Source: Eledone cirrhosa
Taxonomy: Eukaryota
Assembly: GCA_964016885.1 (NCBI GenBank)
Contig: OZ024755.1
Span: forward strand, 27,218,001 to 27,282,000
Reading direction: 5' to 3'
Length of the DNA stretch: 64,000 bases
This document shows, piece by piece, positions 42,878 to 56,741 of the stretch (positions are counted from its first letter, which is position 1; each line of letters begins with the position of its first letter). The notes below the pieces were generated by a model that was not told where the DNA came from, made no database searches, and saw nothing but the letters and a program-made list of their open reading frames with translations. The translations under genes and the position numbers were made by a program.

Positions 42878-42898
42878 GTATGTATATATATATATATG

Positions 42899-42947
<49 letters not shown>

Positions 42948-42958
42948 GTATGTATATA

Positions 42959-42990
<32 letters not shown>

Positions 42991-43035
42991 CATATATATA
43001 CTTTTATATATATACATATATATACATATATATAC

Positions 43036-43086
<51 letters not shown>

Positions 43087-43234
43087 CATATATATACATA
43101 TATACATATATATACATATATACATATATATACATATATATATATACATATATTTACATATATATATATACATATATATATATACATATATATACATATA
43201 TATATATACATATATATATACATATATATATATA

Positions 43235-43291
<57 letters not shown>

Positions 43292-43295
43292 GTAT

Positions 43296-43341
<46 letters not shown>

Positions 43342-43345
43342 GTAT

Positions 43346-43401
<56 letters not shown>

Positions 43402-43713
43402 GTATATATATATGTATATGTGTATATATATGTATATATATATGTATATGTATATATATATGTATATGTATATATATATATGTATGTATATATATGTATA
43501 TATATATATATATGTATGTATATATATGTATCATATATATATTATATATATGTATATATATATATGTATATATATATGTATATTATATATATATGTATAT
43601 GTATATATATGTATATATATATATATGTATATATATATGTATGTATATGTATATATGTATATATATGTATATATATATATATGTATATATATATGTATAT
43701 ATATATGTATATG

Positions 43714-43778
<65 letters not shown>

Positions 43779-43791
43779 GTATATATATATG

Positions 43792-43850
<59 letters not shown>

Positions 43851-43978
43851 GTATATATATATATATGTATATGTATATATATATGTATTATATATATATA
43901 TGTATATATATATGTATGTATATATATATGTATGTATATATATGTGTGTGTATATATATATATGTATATATATATATG

Positions 43979-44090
<112 letters not shown>

Positions 44091-44094
44091 CATG

Positions 44095-44134
<40 letters not shown>

Positions 44135-44501
44135 TGTATAGTATATATATATACGTATATGTATATATATATATATACATGTATATATATACATGTATAT
44201 GTATATATGTATATATATACATGTATATGTATATATATATATGTATATATATACATGTATATGTATATATATACATGTATATGTATATATATACATGTAT
44301 ATGTATATATGTACATGTATATGTATATATATACATGTATATGTATATATGTACATGTATATGTATATATATACATGTATATGTATATATATATATGTAT
44401 GTATATATATATATATGTATGTATATATATATGTATATATATGTATATATGTATATATATATGTATATATGTGTATATATGTATATATATGTATATATAT
44501 G

Positions 44502-44532
<31 letters not shown>

Positions 44533-44547
44533 GTATATGTATATATG

Positions 44548-44582
<35 letters not shown>

Positions 44583-44703
44583 GTATATATATGTATATAT
44601 ATATATATGTATATATATGTATATATATATATATGTATATATATATGTATGTATATATATGTATATATATATATAATTGTATATATATATATGTATATAT
44701 ATG

Positions 44704-44734
<31 letters not shown>

Positions 44735-44757
44735 GTATATGTATATATATATGTATG

Positions 44758-44802
<45 letters not shown>

Positions 44803-44805
44803 GTA

Positions 44806-45008
<203 letters not shown>

Positions 45009-45043
45009 TATATGTATATAGTATATATGTATATATGTATATA

Positions 45044-45152
<109 letters not shown>

Positions 45153-45208
45153 GTGTGTATATATATATGTATATATATATATATGTATATATATGTATAT
45201 ATATGTAT

Positions 45209-45239
<31 letters not shown>

Positions 45240-45257
45240 AATGTATATATATATATA

Positions 45258-45370
<113 letters not shown>

Positions 45371-45451
45371 TATATATATATATATGTATATATATATATG
45401 TGTGTATATATATATATGTGTGTATATATATATATATGTGTATATATATAT

Positions 45452-45493
<42 letters not shown>

Positions 45494-45497
45494 GTAT

Positions 45498-45540
<43 letters not shown>

Positions 45541-45544
45541 TATG

Positions 45545-45677
<133 letters not shown>

Positions 45678-45678
45678 G

Positions 45679-45711
<33 letters not shown>

Positions 45712-45744
45712 GTATATATATGTATATATATATATATATGTATA

Positions 45745-45819
<75 letters not shown>

Positions 45820-45824
45820 GTATA

Positions 45825-45880
<56 letters not shown>

Positions 45881-45964
45881 TGTATATATATGTATATATG
45901 TATATATATATATATATAAATGTATATATATATATATATGAATATATATGTATATATATGTATA

Positions 45965-45996
<32 letters not shown>

Positions 45997-46029
45997 GTAT
46001 ATATATGTATATATATATATATATGTATA

Positions 46030-46085
<56 letters not shown>

Positions 46086-46097
46086 TGTATATATATG

Positions 46098-46133
<36 letters not shown>

Positions 46134-46225
46134 TGTATATATATGTATATATGTATATATATATATATATAAATGTATATATATATATATATGAATGTAT
46201 ATGTATATATATATATATGTATATG

Positions 46226-46271
<46 letters not shown>

Positions 46272-46294
46272 GTATATATATATATGTATATATT

Positions 46295-46555
<261 letters not shown>

Positions 46556-46599
46556 GTATATATATATATATAGTATATATATGTATATATAATATATAT

Positions 46600-46684
<85 letters not shown>

Positions 46685-46800
46685 TATATAAATGTATATA
46701 TATATATAAATGTATATGTATATATATATATATGTTATATGTATATATGTATATGTATATATGTATATATGTATATGTATATATAATATATATATATATG

Positions 46801-46831
<31 letters not shown>

Positions 46832-46833
46832 GT

Positions 46834-46979
46834 ATTGGTAAACGGAATAGAAAATGCTGACAAATTGTTCACGGTTGAAAAATGGTTTAATTAGGAATAA
46901 AAGAGTATTAGTGATTGTATGGGTTAGTATTCAGTTTTGGTTTTAAAAACCACAACTGAATACTAACACATACAATCAC
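46834..46979. repeat. Second copy of the 4572 palindrome family with a different fold-back point
   Basis: Matches 4572-~4685, then inverts at ~46945. Confidence 0.85.
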
Positions 46980-47168
46980 GGTAAAAACCTCCCAGCCCCA
47001 CACTGTAAATGTGGTTGGTGTTAGGAAGGGCAGCCAACTGTAGAAAAACCGTCAGACAATCCTATGCGAGCAAGACAGCCACTCTTGCCTCAAGTGGGAA
47101 AGCTCCCGTCCAAACCCCCAAACCCATGCAAGCGTGGAACATGGACGTTAAACGATGATGATGATGAT
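46980..47168 (+). mobile_element. RTE 3'UTR fragment
   Basis: GGTGTTAGGAAGGG ... (GAT)n. Confidence 0.75.
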
Positions 47169-47189
47169 ATATGTATGTATATATATATG

Positions 47190-47258
<69 letters not shown>

Positions 47259-47379
47259 GTATATGTATATATGTATATATATATGTATAGATATATATAT
47301 GTATATATATGTATAGATATATATATGTATATATATATGTATAGATATATATATGTATATATATATATGTATAGATATA

Positions 47380-47428
<49 letters not shown>

Positions 47429-47447
47429 GTATATATATATATACATG

Positions 47448-47515
<68 letters not shown>

Positions 47516-47570
47516 ACGTAAAATGATGATGATGATGATGATGATGTGTATATATATTTATATGTATATA

Positions 47571-47627
<57 letters not shown>

Positions 47628-47717
47628 GTATATATGTATATGTATATATATATGTATATATATATGTATATATGTATATGTATATATATATGTATATATA
47701 TCTATATATATATGTAT

Positions 47718-47772
<55 letters not shown>

Positions 47773-47866
47773 TTTATGTATATATGTATGTATATATGTA
47801 TATATGTATATGTGTATATATATATATATGTATATGTACGTATATATATATGTATACATATATATA

Positions 47867-47899
<33 letters not shown>

Positions 47900-48206
47900 A
47901 TATATAAGTATGTATATATATATGTACGTGTATGTATATATGTATATGTATATATATATATATGTATATATATATGTATGTATATATATATGTATGTATA
48001 TGTATATATATATATATGTATATGTATATATATATATGTATATATATATGTATATGTATGTGTATATGTATATATATATATGTGTATATATGTATATGTA
48101 TATATATATATGTATATATATATATGTATATATATATATATGTATATATATATATGTATATATATATAGAGATTACAATAATCAAAGTTCAGTTTAAGTC
48201 ATTTAT

Positions 48207-48255
48207 TTGCTTACAATTGTTTCCTCCAAACCGACGTTTGGATTCTTCGGAGCAA
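48207..48255 (-). ncRNA. Compact type I hammerhead-like ribozyme (U4>C variant)
   Basis: Minus strand: TTGCT CCGAAGA aTCCAAAC-gtcg-GTTTGGAg GAAAC AATT GTA AGCAA; helices I and II pair, helix III is palindromic. Confidence 0.68.
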
Positions 48256-48799
48256 CTATTTACTGATCTATAACATACTTGACCTCCTTTTCAACCCGAG
48301 AGACACATAAAACATATGCGCACATTGATCAACAGTGGGGTGACACTCATCAAATAATATAGCATGGCAATTTACATGTAAAGGTTACAGGATAAAAATA
48401 AAAATAAAAATAAAAGCAAGAATGAAAATAAAGATAAACATGAAGCGTTGGCAGTCTATGAAGATAAAGCAAGAGGAAAGTTTAGAGTAGTCAGTGTATG
48501 AAACAATCTCACGTGTAGCATACACGCGTGTCCTATTTATACATGATTAGAGTGCGTCAGAATGATATTTGCAGGGTCAGGCAGTTGAAGCAGGCAATCG
48601 ATCCTATTATGTGGGTTGAATTATTAAGTCATTTATTCTCATACATGTGTATGATATACAGTCTCGGATGCAGGGAACCAAAATATCTGAAACTTTCAAC
48701 ATACTATAAACCTTATTGATACATATATATATATATATATGTATATTTATATATATATATATATATATATGTATATTTATATATGTATATATATATATA

Positions 48800-49480
48800 T
48801 CATCTAACCACCGGCCATCCACTCCACCATCAGGTCTAGGCTCCAGCAGCTCACGAGCAGACTGGGCATGATTGACGCCCATCCATCTTCCTGTTGAGGA
48901 ACTGCTTTACCATGCTGAAGCTCCTCTACACACTTCGTAGTGCTCCTTGCTATATTTACGCATCTCTCCTTGCTGACCTTGACAGTTGTATCTGAGTGGC
49001 AGCTGAGGAGATATCCAACATCAAGTTTTACAACCTTGGATAGCAACACCCCATCTTACAAATGTCGCTTTCCATCACTACAGTGCCGGTCGCCTGCCAC
49101 GCCATGCTGCTCTCAACGAGGTCATCAAGCATCGCTTGGATGCTGCAGGCTTTCCCTCCTAGATTGAGCTGGCAAAAGGCCATACGCCATCCCCATCTTC
49201 CTGTTCTTTGGTGGTAAACCTCTTGTCGGGGATGCCACATGCAGTGACACAATCTCCAATGGCAACCTGGTGCAGTCTGCGACTAACCCAGGCTCTGCTG
49301 CATTTCAAGCTGAGGAGGGTAAACTCTCCAAATATCGGTCACTCTCCGACAGGTTTGCAGTTGAGCATTTGCTAGCCGCATGTGTGAGCCTCCCGAGATG
49401 GAATGGCTCTTCCAGCGCATCTCCCTTACCATCCTCCAGGGAAACTCCTTCTCTATTCTGTCCACGGGATGGCTAGCACG
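48800..49480 (+). mobile_element. CRE-like (restriction-like endonuclease) non-LTR retrotransposon 3' remnant
   Basis: SAGRLPRHAALNEVIK, GKRP...DATCSDT, AAFQAEEGKLSKYRSL, FAVE, LFQRISLTILQGNS. Confidence 0.7.
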
Positions 49481-49905
49481 TGGGACTCATAATAGTGAGA
49501 GATGGGGAAGGCGATGACAGTGGGTGTTTGGTTCCTCTGTGTTCGGACCTGGTGTACATGTGTGTAATTTTACACTTATTTTCGGTTTTTATAGGTGTGG
49601 ATACGTTCATGTTGAAAAATTCTATGCACATGCGTACTGACGTTTAATTTTGTGCGCATGCGCAATTGTTGTAAATATTTCAGAAAAAAATAGCTGCTTA
49701 AATTTTAGGCGTATTTTCCAACCTGTAGAAAAAATAAACGTTAAAAACTTGGATTTTTACCATTTTTACGAAGGTAAAGTAAATCTTTATTTTATATTGA
49801 AGCCTTTTATTGTAATATTGTATATTTATTTCCCTCCATAATGTCACCAATAACTAATTAAACGATAGTTTTGTTTAGCTAATGTTACCCCTTCTCAAGT
49901 ATATA

Positions 49906-50225
49906 CAGGGCGACCACAAAAACACTCCTCGATTTCAAATACTTATAATATGAAAACTTAAATGAATATTCTTACAATATTGGTGGCTACAGTTGCATAA
50001 AGTAACAAAGTTTCATGTGGTGTTGGTTGATATCACATGTGGTAGTGGTTGATATGACAGACACTCGATGTCTGCTCTTTTGTTGGTCGGCAAAAATCAA
50101 TGCAATAATTGTTTCTACTCTTGGCACAAGGACAGCAATTATCCCTTTATTTTATCGACTCCGTAAGGATGAAAGGCAAAGCTAACTCCGGACTCTTTGC
50201 AGTGAGTGTTTTTGTGATTACCCTG
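49906..50225. mobile_element. Tc1/mariner-type non-autonomous remnant with a nested SINE fragment
   Basis: TA-CAGGGCGACCACAAAAACACTC ... GAGTGTTTTTGTGATTACCCTG. Confidence 0.65.
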
Positions 50226-51505
50226 CATATATATACATATATATACGTGATGTCCCAGAAAAATGTATACATACTTCCATTACCTGTACAGGCAATATTT
50301 ATTATAATGCACAGCATTTCCCAAAAATATAATGATCTACAGACGTAATTCAATTGTATGTCTTTCTCTGATCGATCAACAAGAGCCCGGACCTCATTCG
50401 CTTGTCGAGTGGGGTGGAGCTCTTCAAACTGGACCGAGGAAACAATGTTTCCATTGGTCTTTCTATTGCTGATATTATCTACCGATCGCAACTCCTGTAT
50501 ATATTATAGTACAGTTTATATATACATTATAATAGTGTATATATATATATACATACATTATAGTAGAGTGTATATATACATTATAACACAGTAGTTATAT
50601 ATATATATATATATATATCGTTCACACTTTTCTTGAGAGGTTTCAGGTCTCTGTCGATTATCTGGCGCCAGATCATCTTGTGAGGTCCTCTTCGTTTCTT
50701 TCCATGGGGGTGGGTACCAATACAGGACCTGATTAACATGTCTTTCACTTGGAAGTCATGTGAGATAGATTGACGGACAGGCAGGCCTACAGATAGATTA
50801 GACTTAGAAACTCCCTCGTCTTGAGACACATGAGGCAACCAAAGTGCTCCAGCGACCATCATGGTCAATTACATCTATCAATACATCGTTCCAACTTCTG
50901 TTTTGTTGACTGGTTTCCGGTCTCTGTCGATTATCTGTTGCCAGTTCATCTTGGGACATCCTCTTCGTTTCTTTCCATATGAAGGGGTATCAATACAGAA
51001 GCTTTGGTTCGTCCTCTTCATCTCTTTTCACAGGAGTGGGTGTCAATACAGGACCTGATGAATCGCATTTGGGGGAGTCGTGTGAGATAGACAGGCAGAC
51101 AGACAAATAGATATAGTTTCTTATTTAGACACTTCATCTACAATCTTGGGAGGCGAGGTACCAATACAGATTTACACGGAACAGACCCTTTGGGTCTCTC
51201 TCTCTCCTTCTCTCTGCTTAACTTTTAAACATGCTTTCCAACCTGTAGAAAAAATAAACGTTAAAATCTTGGATTTTTACCATTTTTACGAAGGTAAAGT
51301 ATATCTTTATTTTATTCCAACTAACTTTGTATTTTTATTTCCCTTTGGATTATCATGTCTCTAGTTTGGGAGTCGTGTGAGACAGATTAGACTTAAAACT
51401 CCCACGTGGTGAGACATAATTAACGATAGTTTTGTTTAGCTATTGCAACCCTTCTCCCGTGTTAATGTATTTCTAATATAATACAACACCTCCCTACATA
51501 TTTCA

Positions 51506-51549
<44 letters not shown>

Positions 51550-51601
51550 GAAAACAACGAGCAAGTTTCGTTTACATATGAAAAATATTTATTACATAAC
51601 G

Positions 51602-51693
51602 ACCTGGTACGCGCGTTTCACAGATGATTGGCTGAAGGTGACCCATAGGAGTTATGGATCCGACTCCAGTATCGATCTGCTCTTCAGATTGGT
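51602..51693 (-). ncRNA. Type I hammerhead-like motif with rod-like helix II (weak helix I)
   Basis: Minus strand: CTGAAGA GCAGAT...ATCTGT GAAAC GCGC GTA. Confidence 0.55.
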
Positions 51694-52932
51694 GATATTA
51701 CAAAAGATATATATACACTTTATTTCACACTGCTCCTTGTCTAAATTTGCGACAGATAGTATTAGCAATTGAAAAGAGCAATGGAAACATTGTTTCCTCG
51801 GTTCGATTTGACGAGCTCTACCCCACTCGTTAAACGAATGAAGTATTGGATCTTGTCTATATATATATGCATGTGTTTGTCTATATATATATGCATGTGT
51901 TTATATATATATGCATGTGTTTATCTGGCACTAGTTCATCTTGGGACATCCTCTTCGTCTCTTCCCATAGGAGGGGATACCAATACAGATTTAAAAAGTA
52001 CAGACCCTTTGGTTTCTACTCTCACTTTCGACCGAAGTTCTTTATATCAACAGAAATATAGTAAATACAACTTTAATAATACTTTTAGAAAGACATCTTA
52101 ACAAAAAACGTCACACGATTCATCGATGTTCATATCTTTCTTCATCGTGTATTTTCATATAACTTCGGTGTAAATTATATCAGGCACATCGAATTTCTCT
52201 AGCCTACACTCCCACAATAGTGACAACAACACTCAGCAATCTACAAGTGAGCACACACACAATAAATGAATGAACGCCACAACACAACCAACCATTCGAT
52301 TCGCTATATATATATATCAATAAAAATAATCCGAGGTCATATTCATTTGGTTTTTGTTTATGAAAATCCGTAACTTCACAACCGACAGATCATTATGTGG
52401 TCCTCACACTGTTGTTTAATTGGCAACGTAAGTATTTAAATATATATCTTTATATTTATGTACATAATATAAGACAAAACTGGAAGAATTTGATGAAGTT
52501 TAAAATTTTTTTTATTGACAACGTATGTAAATGATTTTCATAGTTTTTCTTATTTCATTTTTCTTACAGATGTCCGGCCTTCTCGGTCAACCTGCTCTGT
52601 TGTTTGCCGTAACCACTGAGGGAAAGATTTTACAAGTCGAAGTATCCTGAATAGTGATGAAGTGTCTGTTAATAAAAAAAAATGTTTACATATTATTTAC
52701 AAATTGTATGAAAAAAGATTTTGTTAATAAAATAATCTTTGCACATTATTTACGAGTTGTGATTATTTACGATAAAAAATTCTACATATTGTATACAAGT
52801 TGGGTTGTTACTTTGACAATGAAAAAAATTAGCCTAATAAATGGCTTCTAATGACTTCTCTTTGTAAAAAGTAAGGGAAGCAACTATTCAAAATTTTTTT
52901 TAAATTTCCATCACAGAGGGGGCCCCCCGTTA

Positions 52933-53036
52933 ATTTTTTTTTTTATTTCTCCACTTTAGAGACAACAGTTCCTCGCTCCATGCCTTTAACCATGCATGAG
53001 TATCTGATGCCTCTAAAGTGGAGAAATAAAAAAAAA
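52933..53036. repeat. Hairpin with ~25-bp perfect stem
   Basis: T-run-ATTTCTCCACTTTAGAG ... CTCTAAAGTGGAGAAAT-A-run. Confidence 0.85.
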
Positions 53037-53454
53037 ACAAAATGGCGTCCCGTTTCATATAGGTTTTTTTTTCGACATTTTCAAAGACATTTTTAGTTTC
53101 TTTTAGTTTCTTTATTTAGAAACTTCATACACTTACGTTCTTTTTAGTACGTCTTACTCAGTTTCTTGTGGACTTGATTTCTTTATTCATTTTTGTTAAA
53201 GTAAAATTAACACAATTCGTATATAATATGTAAACTTTCTTTATTCATTTTTGTCAAAATAAAATAAAATGAAAATTTCTTGATTAACAGAAACTACGCC
53301 ATTCCCACTTGATACGAACTTGAAGTCTGGACATCTGTAAAAAGAAATGAACATACGTTATCAATAAAAACAATATTAAACTTGATAAAATTCATACAAT
53401 TTTGTCTTTTATTATATATACATTCTTAGTTTCCTCTATTTAAATGTATATATA

Positions 53455-53650
53455 ATAGTTTCTACTTTTGGCACAAGGCCAGCAATTATCCAGTACATTA
53501 TTTTATCGACCTCGTAAGGATGAAAGGCAAAGTTAATCTCGACGGGATTTGAACTGAGATCGAGGTTAACTTTGCCTTTCACCCTTACAGGGTCGATAAA
53601 ATAAAGTACCAGTAATCTACTGGCCTTGTGCCAAATGTAGAAACAATTAT
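53455..53650. mobile_element. Inverted (fold-back) pair of family A SINE 3' halves
   Basis: Minus copy 53455-~53557 joined to plus copy ~53561-53650. Confidence 0.75.
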
Positions 53651-53751
53651 ATATACATTTAATTAGAGGAAACTAAGAATGTTAATGAAGTGTTGAAAAG
53701 GAACAAAGAAAGTAAATGAAGAAACTAAGAATGTAAATGGTTCTATGTTAC

Positions 53752-54866
53752 AGAGAAGAAATTCCAAACTTGAAAGCAGGGACTAGAAAGAAAGGGTCTC
53801 AAAGTCAACATTACAAAGACTAAGGACCTTGTAAGGACAAGAAAACAGAACCCAGATCCCCTCAGGGAAATGGCCTTGCTCAGTATGTAGGAAAGGTGTA
53901 GGTAGGAACTCCATTCTCTGCCCCAAATGCAAACAATGGGTACACAAGAGATGTAGCGGGATCTCAGGAAGCTTAATTAAGAATGTAAGCTTCACATGCA
54001 GCAGCTGTGTTGGGACAGCAAGCAGCAAACAGGAAACAAGTACCACCAATCTCTGGGAGGGCTCTGTAAAAACAGTAGACAGCTTCTGCTACCTAGTGAC
54101 CGAATTAGCAGCGGAGGTGGGTGTTCAGAAAGTACAATGACTAGGGTATTCAAAATGAAAGGCAGACTGTATGATGCGTGTATCCGAACAGCAATGTTAC
54201 ATGGTAGTTAGACCTGGGCGCTGAAGGTGGAAGACTTACGTAGATTAGAAAGAAACGAAGCCTGCATGCTCCGATGGATGTGTAATAGTAATATACGCGA
54301 ACGACAAAGCATAAATGAATTGAGAGAGAGAGACTGAGCATAAGAGGAATCAAATGTTGTGTGCAGGAGAGGCGGATGCGTTGGTATGGACATGTGATGC
54401 GTATGAAGGATGACAGCTGCTTAAAAAGGTGCAGAGCACTAGAAGTCGATGGAAACCGCGGAGTGGGGAGACCCAAGAAGACCTGGGATGAGGTGATAAA
54501 AGCCGACCTTACCCAATTACACCTCTCAAAGGCGATGACACACGACCGTGACCTCTGGCGTCACGCAGTAATACAGAGTACCCGACCTCCCATGGGTACA
54601 AGCTGAAGCATATAGACAATATGCCCCCACACCCTCCCACTGCAAGGTGATCGTGGAGGTGCCACGGCAAAAAAGCACCCAGCACTCACTGTAAATGAGG
54701 TTGGTGTTAGGAAGGGCATCCAGCTGTAGAAATCAAGCCAAAATCAGTTCCTGTATGAGCAAGGCATGGTCAGCCGACCAGACACTGCTCGCAACAGGAC
54801 AACCCGTCTAACCCATGCTAGCATGGAAGAACGGACGGACGTAAAACGGTGATGATGATGATGATG
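53752..54866 (+). mobile_element. 5'-truncated RTE LINE copy with TSD
   Basis: Highly similar to 59101-60350 with stops and indels; ATGTTAC duplicated at 53745-53751 and 54867-54873. Confidence 0.92.
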
Positions 54867-56380
54867 ATGTTACGTAGGTTAATGTGATATCGATCTAGTT
54901 AACACCGACCAACAGTTAAGTGTTGAAAAGGAACAAAGAATCGTAAGAAACTAAGAATGTAAATGGTTCTGTTACGTAGGTTAAAGTGATATCGATCTAG
55001 TTAACAACGATCAACAGTTAATCTTTGATTACCATGAAATCTAAAATAAATTCGTTCAAAACTTCGAGCTTTACAATCGTGAGTTCGATTCTCAAACCGG
55101 ACTTTGCGTTGTGTTCTTGAGCAAGACACTTTATTTCAGTTGCTCCAAATCACACAGTAGAAATTAGTTGGACAACAAAAGGTTTCTTTCTACGTTCAAG
55201 AGAACACATGTGTGCGAGAAAAGGAGCTGCCATGCTTCATTGGGTGTGAAAGAAATAAAGATAATAAAATCTAGCTGTATATAGAGGTTTCTTAGAAGGA
55301 AAGGTATATTCCTGTATAGAGAAGGTTTATATATTTTTCTTAGTAGACAGTATATATCTTTATATGAATGTCTCTAAAAAGAGAAGATAGTAAAACGTAT
55401 CTGCTAGTGTTGACAAGGTTTACTATGTATTCAATAAAGAAAGATCTACAGAATGATGTTTATAGAAAGAAATTTGAGTTATATTTCTTAGAAAGTATGT
55501 ATATAGTATCAAGATGGCTTATTTTAGTTTCTTAGAAGAGGTAACACTATTTGTATGTGTAGTTTGTTTTTTATTTAATTTAAAAGAAAACATGTGTCGA
55601 GAGGGTGAAGATGTTCCAGAAAGCCACATAAAATACCTCTTCACAGGGACACAATATCCAAAGTGTGAAAGTTATTGACATAAAGTGTGTATTTAATAAA
55701 ATGTGCGATAGTTCGAGTGTAGAGTAAAGAAAACATTACATACCTCCATACACGAGGAAAGTAATATCCAAAATGAATTTTTTTCAAAGAACCGGAAGTC
55801 ATTCGAAAAAAAAGAAGAGTTCCATAAAGAGGAAGTAACTTTAAATAAAGGAAGAGCAAAAATGATTGCTTGAGCGGTCCAGCATATAGCTCGGGCTGCG
55901 TGCCCTCGATTCGATCTTCCGACACAGAATGGCCACGCCATACATAAGTAGACGATGAAGTCCGAAACGCTACCCGTGTCGCCACGCTGAACCGCAATAA
56001 TTTCCCTGTAAATTAGTCAAACTTATAGCTAAAATTTTGTTTGTTTGTTTTTTTAAAATATAGAAGCGGAATGAAAGCTAGATAACACGTCTCAAAATAT
56101 ATTCCGTGTGTTACCTTACTCTCATTCCGTTTCGATATATAAGTTAATTAAACTGCTTCAACCACCCTCTCACTTGGAATTCAGCAACTGTGGAGAAGGG
56201 AGGTTTTGTCGACCTGGGTTTAGCTTCCTGTAGAGGATCCTACAAGTTTACACCCTCTAAGCAGGCGCTGATTATGGTTCAGTTGGCCGTAAAGGATCGT
56301 ACGAGATGTTTACGGTTGTTTATTGTTAAAGCTTTTTCGTCATACATTCTGTGACTAATTTATTTTGTTCTGTCTGTCTT

Positions 56381-56446
<66 letters not shown>

Positions 56447-56741
56447 TAGTATTAAACTAGTAAGATGTGCCCTGTAATGGGTTGATTGGAGGGGTACTGC
56501 TACAACCACTGTTGACAAAAAAGGTCACATGTATGCAAGAAATGAAGCTGACATGCTTGAAAGAAATATAGAAATGTAGCTGTATATAGAGGTTTCGTTT
56601 TAATTCTTAGAAGAGAGAAGCGGGTTTATATATTGTTCTTAGAAGAACATACGTATTTTCGTGTCACCGGTTCAATAAAGGAAGAGAGCTGGTCTACAGA
56701 GTAAGGTTTATAGAGAGATAACAGAATGTATCTGTATGTAT

